From a virus (lineage: Duplodnaviria; Caudoviricetes), in the IMG/VR virus record IMGVR_UViG_3300030397_000159, positions 1 through 36,549 of that record: DNA of 36,549 nt. One strand, 5' to 3'. How positions within the stretch are numbered: the stretch's first letter is position 1; each line of letters opens with the position of its first letter. Of this stretch, positions 17,409 through 26,369 are shown one piece after another. The translations under genes were made by a program, and so were the position numbers. The notes under the pieces are model-generated. The model saw nothing but the letters and a program-made list of their open reading frames with translations, ran no database searches and was not told the origin of the DNA.

Positions 17409-17956
17409 ATGTCCTCATCTACAACTAAGTCCTCTGGTTTGTTCATCCAACTATTTACACGAGCTGCTATTTCTTTCTCATCCTCTTCTGTTGGTGTTTC
17501 TGGTGATGCTATCTCTCCGCTGAATGTTGAATGTGATGAGTACGACCCTTTCTCTTTACGTTCAAGTAACCACTTAGCTGTGTTTTTATCCTCTCTAACA
17601 TCTTGAGCAATGGTCTGCTTAGCGTGCAGTTGAGGCGTTTCTTTAAGTATCTGTTTTCTATCTCTAAACTTTGGGTTTTTACTTTGGTATCTATAAAACG
17701 CTGCTATTGAGATATCCGCATTAACACACGCCTGCTCGTCACTTGCGCCCCACTTAAATGCTTCTTCGAGTTTCGATATTACATCTTTCTCTTTTTTGCC
17801 GTCAAACAAAGGACGACCACATTTACAGTTGGCTTTGATTAAACGACACTTGCCACACTTAGTCTTTCTCTTGGGCGTTGTCTTTTTTTTAGTTTGCTTC
17901 TTCTTAGAAGCACCCTTGTTAGTAGTTTTTTCTTCTGTAGCTTTTGCCTTTGTCAT
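17405..17956 (-). CDS. terS: Terminase small subunit
   Basis: GRP...KLEEAFKWGASDEQACVNADIS HTH and AKWLLERK; overlaps the terL start. Confidence 0.85.
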   Translation of the reverse strand: MTKAKATEEKTTNKGASKKKQTKKKTTPKRKTKCGKCRLIKANCKCGRPLFDGKKEKDVISKLEEAFKWGASDEQACVNADISIAAFYRYQSKNPKFRDRKQILKETPQLHAKQTIAQDVREDKNTAKWLLERKEKGSYSSHSTFSGEIASPETPTEEDEKEIAARVNSWMNKPEDLVVDEDI

Positions 17957-18026
17957 AATGACTGTGCAAACCGTTCTGCCTTTGGCGTATGCCCTTGCAG
18001 TGGTTTATAAAAGCTATGCAATGCGC

Positions 18027-18326
18027 TTATGTTCTGTAGTTCTTTGGTATAGGTGGCGCATCTACTCGCATTGATACGGTACGCTCATAACCTAGACGCT
18101 GTGCAGCCAGTATAACGATACGGCGTAGCGCCTCAGCTGTAGAACCTCCGCGACCAATGCACACAGGTGTATCTTCATCAGCAACTTTGATATTTATTTG
18201 AGTCATCTCCTCGCCATCTTCTTCACGCTCAGTGACATACAACACAACACGTTGTGGATGTTTCACTATTGCGTCAAGCATGGTTTGCAGTAACTCTTTG
18301 ATTGCTTCTAGTTTTTCCTGCTGCAT
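18027..18326 (-). CDS. khpA: Single KH-domain RNA-binding protein (KhpA/UPF0109-like)
   Basis: ELLQTMLDAIVKHPQRV...IKVADED..VCIGRGGSTAEALRRIV, with an intact GxxG loop. Confidence 0.82.
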   Translation of the reverse strand: MQQEKLEAIKELLQTMLDAIVKHPQRVVLYVTEREEDGEEMTQINIKVADEDTPVCIGRGGSTAEALRRIVILAAQRLGYERTVSMRVDAPPIPKNYRT

Positions 18327-18405
18327 AGTGTTATTAAAAAATGAGTCTGTAGAGACCTGCAATCATTATCTCTTGAAAGTGCGAGACGCGCAAGGTCTAG
18401 TTATC

Positions 18406-18717
18406 CTATAAGCCTGCAAAACGTAAGTCATCAATCTCTGTAGCCAACACATAAACCGCTCCATTAGCTTCAACATCCGCTTGAAACTCTTTTTGCACTT
18501 TCGACTGCACACCTTTCTTGGTCTTGCACTCGATGAAGTACGTAACTCCTTGGTGCACACAGATGATGTCGCTTACTCCTTTACGACTCCACTTAGGCAT
18601 CTTGCGAAAAATCTTTTTAGCGCTGTCATACGGTGGCGTATTGTTTTGTCGCCAAAAAAAGTACCGTTTCAACTCTAAATATTCACAGCAAGCACTGACT
18701 ACAAGGTTCTCACTCAT
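18406..18717 (-). CDS. VRR-NUC domain nuclease
   Basis: GVSDII...FIECKTKKGVQSKVQKEF motif. Confidence 0.9.
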   Translation of the reverse strand: MSENLVVSACCEYLELKRYFFWRQNNTPPYDSAKKIFRKMPKWSRKGVSDIICVHQGVTYFIECKTKKGVQSKVQKEFQADVEANGAVYVLATEIDDLRFAGL

Positions 18718-18968
18718 TACGAAAATAAATTGTTAGTGTCTATGTGATAGATTGATCCTTTATGATCCTTGTAGTAATACAGCTCACAATGCTCGCAGCT
18801 TATGTGTTCTACTTCCCAGACATGTACACGTATGCTTGTTCGTAGAGGTTTATGACAGCATGCACAATCGCCACGTCTAACACGCGCTTCCGCTTCTCCT
18901 CCTTTTTCGTATTCATCTCTGACCTTTTTTGCGCCAAAAAACTCACTTAAAATACGCGTTTCATCCAT
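18717..18968 (-). CDS. Zinc-ribbon hypothetical protein
   Basis: CACC...CEHC. Confidence 0.6.
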   Translation of the reverse strand: MDETRILSEFFGAKKVRDEYEKGGEAEARVRRGDCACCHKPLRTSIRVHVWEVEHISCEHCELYYYKDHKGSIYHIDTNNLFS

Positions 18969-18972
18969 ATTC

Positions 18973-19080
18973 TTAGCCCCCTATTAGCTTAGCGCCAGCT
19001 GCAAAAACTGTCTTGTAGAAACACAAAAACAAAAGAAGTAACGCCAAGAACACTATGATATTTTTTATAATCCTACTCAT
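18973..19080 (-). CDS. 35-aa membrane peptide
   Basis: MSRIIKNIIVFLALLLLFLCFYKTVFAAGAKLIGG*; below the ORF-track cutoff. Confidence 0.45.
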   Translation of the reverse strand: MSRIIKNIIVFLALLLLFLCFYKTVFAAGAKLIGG

Positions 19081-19161
19081 ATGGCTAGGGCGCATGGAGA
19101 ATGTGGGTAATACAACAACTTTGTATATTTAAGTGCGCCCCAGATATATAAGCGAGAATGG

Positions 19162-19275
19162 CTACTCAGCTTGATCTTCGCCGCCTTCTGCTGACTCTTC
19201 AGCAGGCTCAGGAGTTTCAGCAGCTTCTTCTGCTACCTCTTCTGCTCCTTCCTCTTGTCGTGTTTCTTCTGACAT
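19162..19275 (-). CDS. 37-aa highly acidic peptide
   Basis: MSEETRQEEGAEEVAEEAAETPEPAEESAEGGEDQAE*. Confidence 0.6.
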   Translation of the reverse strand: MSEETRQEEGAEEVAEEAAETPEPAEESAEGGEDQAE

Positions 19276-19312
19276 AGGTTGGTGTAGTTAGGCTGATAAA
19301 AGAGCGCTATGC

Positions 19313-19687
19313 TCACCACATAATTATATCATCAATACCCTCATCATATAGATCGAGATATACACTTTTGAAAACCTTATCTATTTCGTTGTCTACGTGG
19401 TCAGTATAGTGGTTGACTGTGATACGTGTCTGCATGAGCAGCTTCTTGATGATCTCATCCCTGTACAAGTACGACTCGTTACCCACATGACAGCCATGGT
19501 TATGTACTGGACAACTGTTGTAGATACTTGCATTGTGATTACCGTCTACATAGAGTCGAGAGCTAGGAGATATTATGTGATGAAGCACATCGCATCCTGT
19601 TTGCTTACACACCATACAGTCATACCAGTCACACCAATCAGCACGAACACTGTCGCTAAATCTGTTTTTTAGACCACTCTTTTTCAT
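19313..19687 (-). CDS. HNH-like zinc-binding nuclease
   Basis: CMVC...DVLHHII...NSCPVHNHGCH. Confidence 0.65.
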   Translation of the reverse strand: MKKSGLKNRFSDSVRADWCDWYDCMVCKQTGCDVLHHIISPSSRLYVDGNHNASIYNSCPVHNHGCHVGNESYLYRDEIIKKLLMQTRITVNHYTDHVDNEIDKVFKSVYLDLYDEGIDDIIMW

Positions 19688-20012
19688 GCTTTGACCATAA
19701 CTCTTTAGAGTTTTCCTTGCTGGCTTTTATAATTCGATCCATACCCATCTGAAAGTCTAGGCACTCTTGAACATCAAGATATAACCCTGTACGCTTTCCA
19801 GTCCTGTGATCTATGTACTCTATGAAACCCACTTCTTCTTTATGCCGAGGTGATTCTTTACTAGGTACACCAAAGATAAACTGATAGCTTGGATAGTCTA
19901 CAAGAGCAATAAGATCAACATCTTCACCTTTTGTGGCTTCGTATGCCCCTTGGTCTGGTTTTATACGTTTTGCATCATCCATCTTGTTCTTTTTCTTTTG
20001 CTCGCTCTTCAT
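19656..20012 (-). CDS. Hypothetical protein
   Basis: ORF on the coding strand; start uncertain. Confidence 0.6.
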   Translation of the reverse strand: MKSEQKKKNKMDDAKRIKPDQGAYEATKGEDVDLIALVDYPSYQFIFGVPSKESPRHKEEVGFIEYIDHRTGKRTGLYLDVQECLDFQMGMDRIIKASKENSKELWSKHEKEWSKKQI

Positions 20013-20178
20013 CCATCATCCTCGTAGTCAAAGAGGAGCACAGACTTATAAACTTCTTCTCTGTGACGAAGTAACCGCACGAACACTTTATGTCACCGCG
20101 CTTATTGTACGTTGCTGACTTTGTGAAGTCTTTATGACACTTTGGGCACTTGTTTTGTAATAGGTTACGCCACTTCAT
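19975..20178 (-). CDS. Zinc-ribbon protein
   Basis: MKWRNLLQNKCPKC...CSCG. Confidence 0.65.
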   Translation of the reverse strand: MKWRNLLQNKCPKCHKDFTKSATYNKRGDIKCSCGYFVTEKKFISLCSSLTTRMMDEERAKEKEQDG

Positions 20179-20181
20179 GAG

Positions 20182-20367
20182 TTACTTTTTTACCTTTGGG
20201 TTTGTGTTATCTGTGAACGCCCAAACGATAGCTACTACCCAACCAATCAGACTCCAACCTAGAAACAAGTTGAGTGCTGTGATAGCTCCTGCGTTCTTGT
20301 GTCTCCTATGGTAAGCGATCATTGCTGGGATGAAGTAAAATATTGCTACGATTATAAACATTTCCAT
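20182..20367 (-). CDS. Superinfection immunity protein (T4 Imm-like)
   Basis: YFIPAMIAYHRRHKNAGAITALNLFLGWSLIGWVVAIVWA is the family signature. Confidence 0.92.
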   Translation of the reverse strand: MEMFIIVAIFYFIPAMIAYHRRHKNAGAITALNLFLGWSLIGWVVAIVWAFTDNTNPKVKK

Positions 20368-20379
20368 ATTTCTTTTTTG

Positions 20380-20601
20380 TTATTTTCTTAATGCCTGAGT
20401 AAACAGATCGACTAAGACTGTTGACTCCTCTACGCTATCAACCAATGAGGCTGTATAGTGCTCAAGTGCCAATCTTTCGCATATGGGGCACTCTTTAAGC
20501 TCCCACGTGGTGTATTGACAATCATCTGCTACACCGCCACCTATTGGTTCTGCTTTGATTCTCTTTTGGTGCATCTGCACCATGTCTATAGGGCAAATCA
20601 T
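20380..20601 (-). CDS. Zinc-binding hypothetical protein
   Basis: CPID...CPIC. Confidence 0.6.
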   Translation of the reverse strand: MICPIDMVQMHQKRIKAEPIGGGVADDCQYTTWELKECPICERLALEHYTASLVDSVEESTVLVDLFTQALRK

Positions 20602-20613
20602 GTTTGATGTGTT

Positions 20614-20949
20614 TTATCTTTCTAAAAAATGCAGCCAATCTTCCACTGTTTGATGTTTCTTTCCTCCATAGGGTATATTGTGATTGTTAAACCACTGAGT
20701 AACACCGTATGACGAAACCCCAAAGACTTCCGCGACCTTACTCAACGATTTATGTTCTCGATATAAACGTACAAGCGTCTCTTTTTCTGGCGTGTCTGCC
20801 ATGCCATATCTACGAGCCTTTCTCATCTTCACACCACTAGCTTTTAATATTGATGTCAACATCGTTAGGGGTATAGCATACTTCGCTGCAATTTTCTCAA
20901 CAGTCTCACCCTCTTGGTATGCTTTTATTAACTTTTCTTTTTCATTCAT
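20614..20949 (-). CDS. Tandem HTH DNA-binding protein
   Basis: Two HTH-like units: TVEKIAAKYAI and SLSKVAEVFGVS. Confidence 0.75.
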   Translation of the reverse strand: MNEKEKLIKAYQEGETVEKIAAKYAIPLTMLTSILKASGVKMRKARRYGMADTPEKETLVRLYREHKSLSKVAEVFGVSSYGVTQWFNNHNIPYGGKKHQTVEDWLHFLER

Positions 20950-20981
20950 AAGCCATTTTTATTTAGTAAAATTAAATCTCT

Positions 20982-21422
20982 CTAAAAAGGTATTTCGTCT
21001 GGGTTAATGTCTTCCTCTGGGTATTCGATTGTATGCAGCTCTTCTTTTGGTTGATGATCTTCTGGTGTTATGTTCGACTTAGGTGATGATTCTGATTTGC
21101 TACCAACAAACTGAAAATCCTCACCAACAATCTCAGTACGGTATTTCTTTTGCCCGTCGCTCTCCCATGATCGAGTCTTGATTCGACCAGAGACATATAT
21201 CTCTTGACCCTTACCAAAGTATTGAGCAATCACCTCAGCCCTGCGACCAAAGAAGACGACGTTATGCCACTCAGTCTCTTCTTTCTTCTCGCCAGTTTGT
21301 TTGTCTTTCCAGTTTCGACTGCTCGCTACACTGAAAGTCACAACTGAAACGCCAGATGGCAAACTTTTAAGCTCTGGGTCTTTACCTAAACGACCTGCTA
21401 TTTGTGCTTTGTTTATATTCAT
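20982..21422 (-). CDS. ssb: Single-stranded DNA-binding protein
   Basis: INKAQIAGRLGKDPE, TEWHNVVFF and C-terminal DEIPF. Confidence 0.96.
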   Translation of the reverse strand: MNINKAQIAGRLGKDPELKSLPSGVSVVTFSVASSRNWKDKQTGEKKEETEWHNVVFFGRRAEVIAQYFGKGQEIYVSGRIKTRSWESDGQKKYRTEIVGEDFQFVGSKSESSPKSNITPEDHQPKEELHTIEYPEEDINPDEIPF

Positions 21423-21423
21423 A

Positions 21424-21615
21424 TCACTTATTTTTACTTTTTGGATGGTATGTATACAACCAGCCTCTTCTTATAAATCCAACTATCAATCTTGCTTGCA
21501 TGTTCTGCAAAAATGCTGCTGGACATGGTCTCTGCCATTTGGTGTGAAAAACTACCCCTCCTGCTTTTGCCATGTCTACGATCTCACTCACTTTTGTTAT
21601 TTGCTTAGATTCCAC
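21424..21615 (-). CDS. Hypothetical protein
   Basis: Short ORF abutting ssb; start uncertain. Confidence 0.55.
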   Translation of the reverse strand: MESKQITKVSEIVDMAKAGGVVFHTKWQRPCPAAFLQNMQARLIVGFIRRGWLYTYHPKSKNK

Positions 21616-21739
21616 AGTTCATTGCAATTACTAGTAACATCGCAACCAGACAAAGACCTGCGAAAAAGAGAAGCATGTAGTCAACTCTGTCTTGCTTTTT
21701 CCACTCCTCACGTTGTTTTTTTATGTCAAAGTTTTGCAT
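21605..21739 (-). CDS. 44-aa membrane peptide
   Basis: MQNFDIKKQREEWKKQDRVDYMLLFFAGLCLVAMLLVIAMNCGI*; fills the gap. Confidence 0.55.
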   Translation of the reverse strand: MQNFDIKKQREEWKKQDRVDYMLLFFAGLCLVAMLLVIAMNCGI

Positions 21740-21742
21740 AAG

Positions 21743-21955
21743 CTATTCTGGGTAAACATCACCAATCTGTAGACCTTTTAGACTCTCGTCAACTTCTTCT
21801 GGCGCTGGTGCGTTGTCTAAGCTGCCAGAAACAAATGTGAGAGCATCTACATGGTCTCCTTTATAAACATCCTCATCTACTTCGACCTCTACTACTATTT
21901 TGTATGTCTTCATATCTCTAAAAGTTATCTTGTACTTTACCTCTAAATCGCTCAT
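21743..21955 (-). CDS. Acidic hypothetical protein
   Basis: 70-aa ORF. Confidence 0.55.
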   Translation of the reverse strand: MSDLEVKYKITFRDMKTYKIVVEVEVDEDVYKGDHVDALTFVSGSLDNAPAPEEVDESLKGLQIGDVYPE

Positions 21956-22514
21956 TCTCTCTGACTCGAATGGCTGTTTGTATAAAGCTCACCATCTTAT
22001 CAGCAGCTCCTAGTAGGTTCTCATAATTGTTTTTTTCGATTTCTTTTATAGTCACAATGTCGTCAAGTTCAGCAGTCTCAAGTTTTGCTCTACTGCGCGC
22101 CTCAGTGACCTTGTAATCTCCATCTAAGAACTCAAGCATCAACTCACCAGTAACCTCATCACGTTTCTGGGCGTACACGTCTCTTTCACCACGAGCACGA
22201 GATGCTTTGTTACCTAAATATGCGTATACTCCTGTCAGACGACCGCCTGTGCGCATAAGTAACGGCTCACTCAGAGTGTCTAGGTCTTCATCGAACAACC
22301 ACCGCCCAACCTTAAATATGTAATCGACCATCTTGTCGCTCTCTCTTAGTTCATCCAACGATTCAATCTTTGCTAGAGCCTTTTGCGTCTTTTCTCTAAA
22401 AATGCGTGTGGCTCTGGTTTCAGCTGTGGCACTTTTAAGCTGTTCGATGGTCATTTTATCTGCATTCTCGATACCTTGCCCTTGTGCTTTTTTTATTAAG
22501 TCTTTTTTACTCAT
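21918..22514 (-). CDS. Helical hypothetical protein (possibly UvsY-like)
   Basis: Start MSKKDLIKK, long amphipathic helices. Family call is weak. Confidence 0.55.
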   Translation of the reverse strand: MSKKDLIKKAQGQGIENADKMTIEQLKSATAETRATRIFREKTQKALAKIESLDELRESDKMVDYIFKVGRWLFDEDLDTLSEPLLMRTGGRLTGVYAYLGNKASRARGERDVYAQKRDEVTGELMLEFLDGDYKVTEARSRAKLETAELDDIVTIKEIEKNNYENLLGAADKMVSFIQTAIRVRENERFRGKVQDNF

Positions 22515-23008
22515 AGTAAAGATTTTTGAGCACACAAATGGTAGGCAAAATTGGCTGTACATGTTGACCTAGCACAAGATTGGCACAACTGTTTGCCTTT
22601 AAGTCTGCATGGCTTTGGATGTTCTATGTTTCGACAACTGCCATCATACTCGACTGACTCTACCTTGTACCCTCTTGCTTCTCGCACCTCAGCTTCGCGG
22701 TAATTCTTCTCTTTGATTTGGCGTGCCTTGATAACGGCTGGTATCGTTGGGATAAACTCACCATCATCGTTTTGCACTAACCTACGTGAGCGTATGATGC
22801 TCTCGATTGATGGCATACTCTTGAGATTTCTGAGCTTTATTGCTGCGTCGCCATCACTGTCTTTTATAACCAAGTTGTGATGAAAAGTGTTGACATAATG
22901 AGCAACAAGTGAGCCGTCATGATTACGCGCATTCTCATGCGTCTTGAGTATGTGGTGCACTTTTTCTTTGTAGGTTTTTAGGTGCATATTATTCTTCATC
23001 ACGATCAC
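22511..23008 (-). CDS. Hypothetical DNA-binding protein with Cys-rich tail
   Basis: ESIIRSRRLVQ motif and a C-terminal Cys cluster. Confidence 0.6.
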   Translation of the reverse strand: MIVMKNNMHLKTYKEKVHHILKTHENARNHDGSLVAHYVNTFHHNLVIKDSDGDAAIKLRNLKSMPSIESIIRSRRLVQNDDGEFIPTIPAVIKARQIKEKNYREAEVREARGYKVESVEYDGSCRNIEHPKPCRLKGKQLCQSCARSTCTANFAYHLCAQKSLL

Positions 23009-23156
23009 TACTCAAAAATACTTCTACGCCTGCACCGTTCGTGGTTTGTAATTGCTGTTTTGCAGCTCTCCCTATGGTGCTCAACAAACTCTCAACGTGC
23101 TCATACTGCGTTTTGTTTGCACAATCGACTTCTATTTGTAGTTTGATCTTTCGCAT
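22989..23156 (-). CDS. 55-aa hypothetical protein
   Basis: MRKIKLQIEVDCANK...DRDEE*; fills the gap. Confidence 0.55.
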   Translation of the reverse strand: MRKIKLQIEVDCANKTQYEHVESLLSTIGRAAKQQLQTTNGAGVEVFLSSDRDEE

Positions 23157-23159
23157 GGA

Positions 23160-23879
23160 CTATGCAGTTAAACTAATATCAATGTCCTCATAAATGCGCA
23201 CGCCGTCATGTTCACGCAAGCCATCTTTCACTTTGCCTCGTAGAACTTGGTCTAGCAAACCTTTCTTGATGGCAAGATTCATCACCATATCATGAGTCTC
23301 TTTGACTGCTAGAGCTTTATCAGCATCTTGCAGTTCGTGTCGCCATACTTTTTTGGTCGTTGCTTTACCTGCGTCAGTTTTAATTGTGGTATCAGCCCTT
23401 TCCACTGTGGGCATAGGTGTTGGGTCGATCGTTGTGTCACCTTTCTCAGCTTTGCGTTCCTCTCGCTTCTCTTTCAATTTTCTCAAACGATCTTCTTCTT
23501 TGCGTGCTGCCTTTTCTTGCTCAATTCTGAAATTAGACATTGACCCCTTAATGACTTTCTCAAGGTGCTCGTAGTGCTTTAGTGGCTCATTGAACAAGCC
23601 CTCTATTTGCTTCACAGCATCTTTTAGGGGTTTTACATACTCAGTTTTGAGTTTCTTGATACGGTTTACTCGCCCTTTCACGTCTACCGCGAAAGTAGTA
23701 GCTTCTACGTATCCCTCTTCGTTAGAAATCATTGCGACGACCTCAGTCTGCTTTTCCATCTTCTTTAGATCTTTGGTAATCTCTGCGACTTTAGATTCTG
23801 GTGATGCCACAGTGTATGTGATCTCCTCAGACTGTTTTGTTTTTTCAGCCTTTTTTGAGGCTGCATTTTTTGTTGCCAT
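23160..23879 (-). CDS. Coiled-coil phage protein (recombination-module type)
   Basis: YVKPLKDAVKQIEGLFNEPL...TTKKVW...DGVRIYED pattern. Confidence 0.65.
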   Translation of the reverse strand: MATKNAASKKAEKTKQSEEITYTVASPESKVAEITKDLKKMEKQTEVVAMISNEEGYVEATTFAVDVKGRVNRIKKLKTEYVKPLKDAVKQIEGLFNEPLKHYEHLEKVIKGSMSNFRIEQEKAARKEEDRLRKLKEKREERKAEKGDTTIDPTPMPTVERADTTIKTDAGKATTKKVWRHELQDADKALAVKETHDMVMNLAIKKGLLDQVLRGKVKDGLREHDGVRIYEDIDISLTA

Positions 23880-23911
23880 ATATCTCTGTTACTCGTTATT
23901 ATTATGTTGTA

Positions 23912-23965
23912 AGTATATCAATGGTGTAAATGATGTCAATGGTGTAACTGTGGATATGTGGACAT
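23912..23965 (-). promoter_or_regulatory. Early promoter P4 with 9-bp repeats and DnaA-like boxes
   Basis: TTGACA-N16-TATACT; repeats ACACCATTG/ACATCATTT/ACACCATTG; ATATCCACA upstream. Confidence 0.8.
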
Positions 23966-24172
23966 TTACACTTGTATCGTAGTTAGCGTATTCAGCAATA
24001 TTACACCCTCTTTCATAGTCATTGCTTCGATCTCTGGGTAATTGTCCTCTAAGTATCTGAGTTTATGACCATCTGCCCATCCCTTACTTACGCCTATCAG
24101 TATGGCGTACATTCGTTGTTCTTTTTGGCTTAGTTGATTCTCTTGCGTCATACGTAGTTTTGGCTTCAACAC
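23966..24172 (-). CDS. Hypothetical protein
   Basis: Short ORF; probable start MTQENQ. Confidence 0.55.
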   Translation of the reverse strand: MLKPKLRMTQENQLSQKEQRMYAILIGVSKGWADGHKLRYLEDNYPEIEAMTMKEGVILLNTLTTIQV

Positions 24173-24353
24173 CCTCTTGTAAATATTTACTCAGAAGCTG
24201 TGTATCTATAAATATGCTCCCAACAAGCCTCCATATAAACGTTGGTAAAAATCGAGGTTTAGGCTTCACAATCCTGTTCATGATCGTAAACTGCTCAATA
24301 ACGTACTTTCTAACCTCTCTTCGCGCTGATTGTTGTAGTTTGTTTTTAGCCAT
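24084..24353 (-). CDS. Hypothetical protein
   Basis: Start MAKNK overlaps the upstream stop codon. Confidence 0.55.
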   Translation of the reverse strand: MAKNKLQQSARREVRKYVIEQFTIMNRIVKPKPRFLPTFIWRLVGSIFIDTQLLSKYLQEGVEAKTTYDARESTKPKRTTNVRHTDRRK

Positions 24354-24843
24354 TGTAGTGTGGTTCAATTTCTACTCTGTAATTGCCTAGCAAAAGCTTC
24401 TTCTCGTTCAAATCAATCACTGTGTCACTAGGTACACGAAGTGTGAGCACTGTGTTACCATCTTTGTATTTCAATTCTTCGATCGAAGCAGTTGTGCTTA
24501 TTGGTTCACATTGTTTTTTAAGCTCGCGTACCTCTTGCCTGACCGATGCAATTTGGTCGTTAAGTGACCGCACGTCTTTCTCTTGTTCTTTGTCAAAAAG
24601 CTGTGGTTTGTCACCAACATCATTTACTCGATCTTCCAAACGCTCGACGCGACGATTAAAAGGCTCTTCATCGACGATAAAATCAATGTTCAGATAGTGA
24701 TATGATCGCGGTAAAATCTTCTTCACATTGACCTTGATGCGCCACTGTAAATCTTTCTTCATCTTCATCTCTTCGAGCACAAAGTTTGCTGAAATAAGCA
24801 AATCTGGTGACTCCATGTCTAAAAGTTCTTTTGTTTCTGTCAT
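24346..24843 (-). CDS. Hypothetical protein
   Basis: 165 aa with a central coiled coil. Confidence 0.65.
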   Translation of the reverse strand: MTETKELLDMESPDLLISANFVLEEMKMKKDLQWRIKVNVKKILPRSYHYLNIDFIVDEEPFNRRVERLEDRVNDVGDKPQLFDKEQEKDVRSLNDQIASVRQEVRELKKQCEPISTTASIEELKYKDGNTVLTLRVPSDTVIDLNEKKLLLGNYRVEIEPHYNG

Positions 24844-24849
24844 GTTTTT

Positions 24850-25509
24850 TTATAGACCGTCTATGGTCTTAAACTTATTACTAAAATTGCCTGCTTCTAA
24901 ATTGTCGATAACTTTGTCTATAACATTTTTTTCAAACACATTGAGTTCTGAAATACTACGTTTCACATGAAACGTATGTATTGGCTTCTTCGCTTGAGTG
25001 CTTGTATCAACCCAGTTGACCATGATTTTCTTGGCTAACTTGCCATATTTTTTTCGATACGCCCACGATTGCATGGTTATTTGAGGATGGTTGTCGCACA
25101 CGTTTTGATCCCAAACTAGCTGACCTGTTTTGTTTTCGATTACCATCCCTTGGTCTTCTAAGAAACCATCGAGTGTAATCCTAAACTTCCAACCTCTATG
25201 CTCGCATATAAGCTCATACTCTGCGCATCCTTTTGGTAGCTCTGGGAACATTGGCAAAACGTAATCCATGTGAGAAATCAACCTCTTAGCAACCTTATAT
25301 TTAAGCATATACGTCTTGTAGTCGAAATTTCTATCTGCGTACGCTTCTGCGAAACCAATCCCAAAAGCCAATGCTGGACTCATTTTCATAGGAACACCAT
25401 CAACCCATCTTAGGTGAAAGAGTGCAGGGTCTTTGGCATAATCAAGCACCTGTGTAGATGATAGTTTCTTATGATGCGGATATAGTGCTTTTGCATTGTA
25501 ATCTCTCAT
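24850..25509 (-). CDS. PD-(D/E)XK exonuclease (RecB-like/Cas4-like family)
   Basis: LSSTQV, E...TLDG...VIENKT and Q...Y motifs. Confidence 0.8.
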   Translation of the reverse strand: MRDYNAKALYPHHKKLSSTQVLDYAKDPALFHLRWVDGVPMKMSPALAFGIGFAEAYADRNFDYKTYMLKYKVAKRLISHMDYVLPMFPELPKGCAEYELICEHRGWKFRITLDGFLEDQGMVIENKTGQLVWDQNVCDNHPQITMQSWAYRKKYGKLAKKIMVNWVDTSTQAKKPIHTFHVKRSISELNVFEKNVIDKVIDNLEAGNFSNKFKTIDGL

Positions 25510-25514
25510 AATAC

Positions 25515-26369
25515 CTACTGCTCAAGTGAGCTTACTTTACTGCTTATTATACCGTGCATTTCTTTCTTAAACTTGTCTGTGTAAAGCTCTGATTCGTCTA
25601 GTTTCTCGTCCATATCAATAAGAGTTGTGATGTCCTCACACTTCTCGATAAATGCTCTAAATTGAGCCTGTAGCTGCTCTGGTGACGTCTTCTGAGGCGC
25701 TTGTGGCTCACTTGGCTCATTGTTCATTTCTTCGTAAGAAACTCGTCCAGCCTCTTGTACTTTAGCTTTCTCAGCTTCGCTAAGGTCTTGTGATCGTTGC
25801 AGGTTTTCAGCAACTCGATCCCAAACATCACCAGCTATCTCTTTCCAAATAGCGCGGTTTAGAGATCGTGTCTCTGCCATCATGTTCAGTGTCTTCTTTA
25901 CTGCTTCAAGCTTAACGTTGTGCTTGCTTGCTTCACCAATACCCTCGACTTCGTGACCGTCTTTAAAAACAATAGTTGTTTTTACGACCGCCATCTCATC
26001 CAAGTTAGTGCTCATCTGCAAGAAGTCAGCTCGTATTGCTTGCACTGCGCCTTTGGCTTTGCGCAAGTCATGCAACAAGAAAAGGCGACCATCTTTGTTG
26101 AGATAAGGTTGACCGCCCATTGCATTGACTCCCATTGAGGGAACGCCGTAAATCTTCGCAACTTGATTACAAAACTCTTGTGCTACAAGTTGGTTGTTGC
26201 TGTTGGTCGTTGGGAGTGCACCACCCCATGCCATTTTTCGTGGCGCTGGCTCATAGCTTATTGCTCTCTCGCTTGTTGGATGCTTTGAGTTGATGTGTCT
26301 TGTAAGACCACCTTTGTTCTTTGCCACAAAGTCGCACTCTGTGCACTTGTGTTTCTTTTTATTCGCCAT
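25515..26369 (-). CDS. Putative ssDNA-annealing recombinase with N-terminal C2H2 zinc finger
   Basis: GQPYLNKDG...GIGEAS...MMAETRSLNRAI (Rad52/Sak/RecT-like), next to the exonuclease; CTECDF...LTRHINSKH. Confidence 0.7.
   Translation of the reverse strand: MANKKKHKCTECDFVAKNKGGLTRHINSKHPTSERAISYEPAPRKMAWGGALPTTNSNNQLVAQEFCNQVAKIYGVPSMGVNAMGGQPYLNKDGRLFLLHDLRKAKGAVQAIRADFLQMSTNLDEMAVVKTTIVFKDGHEVEGIGEASKHNVKLEAVKKTLNMMAETRSLNRAIWKEIAGDVWDRVAENLQRSQDLSEAEKAKVQEAGRVSYEEMNNEPSEPQAPQKTSPEQLQAQFRAFIEKCEDITTLIDMDEKLDESELYTDKFKKEMHGIISSKVSSLEQ

Noticed and set aside
19088-19140. GGGCGCA/TGCGCCC stem as a small RNA or tRNA remnant
   Set aside because: Only a 7-bp stem with no cloverleaf or other support.
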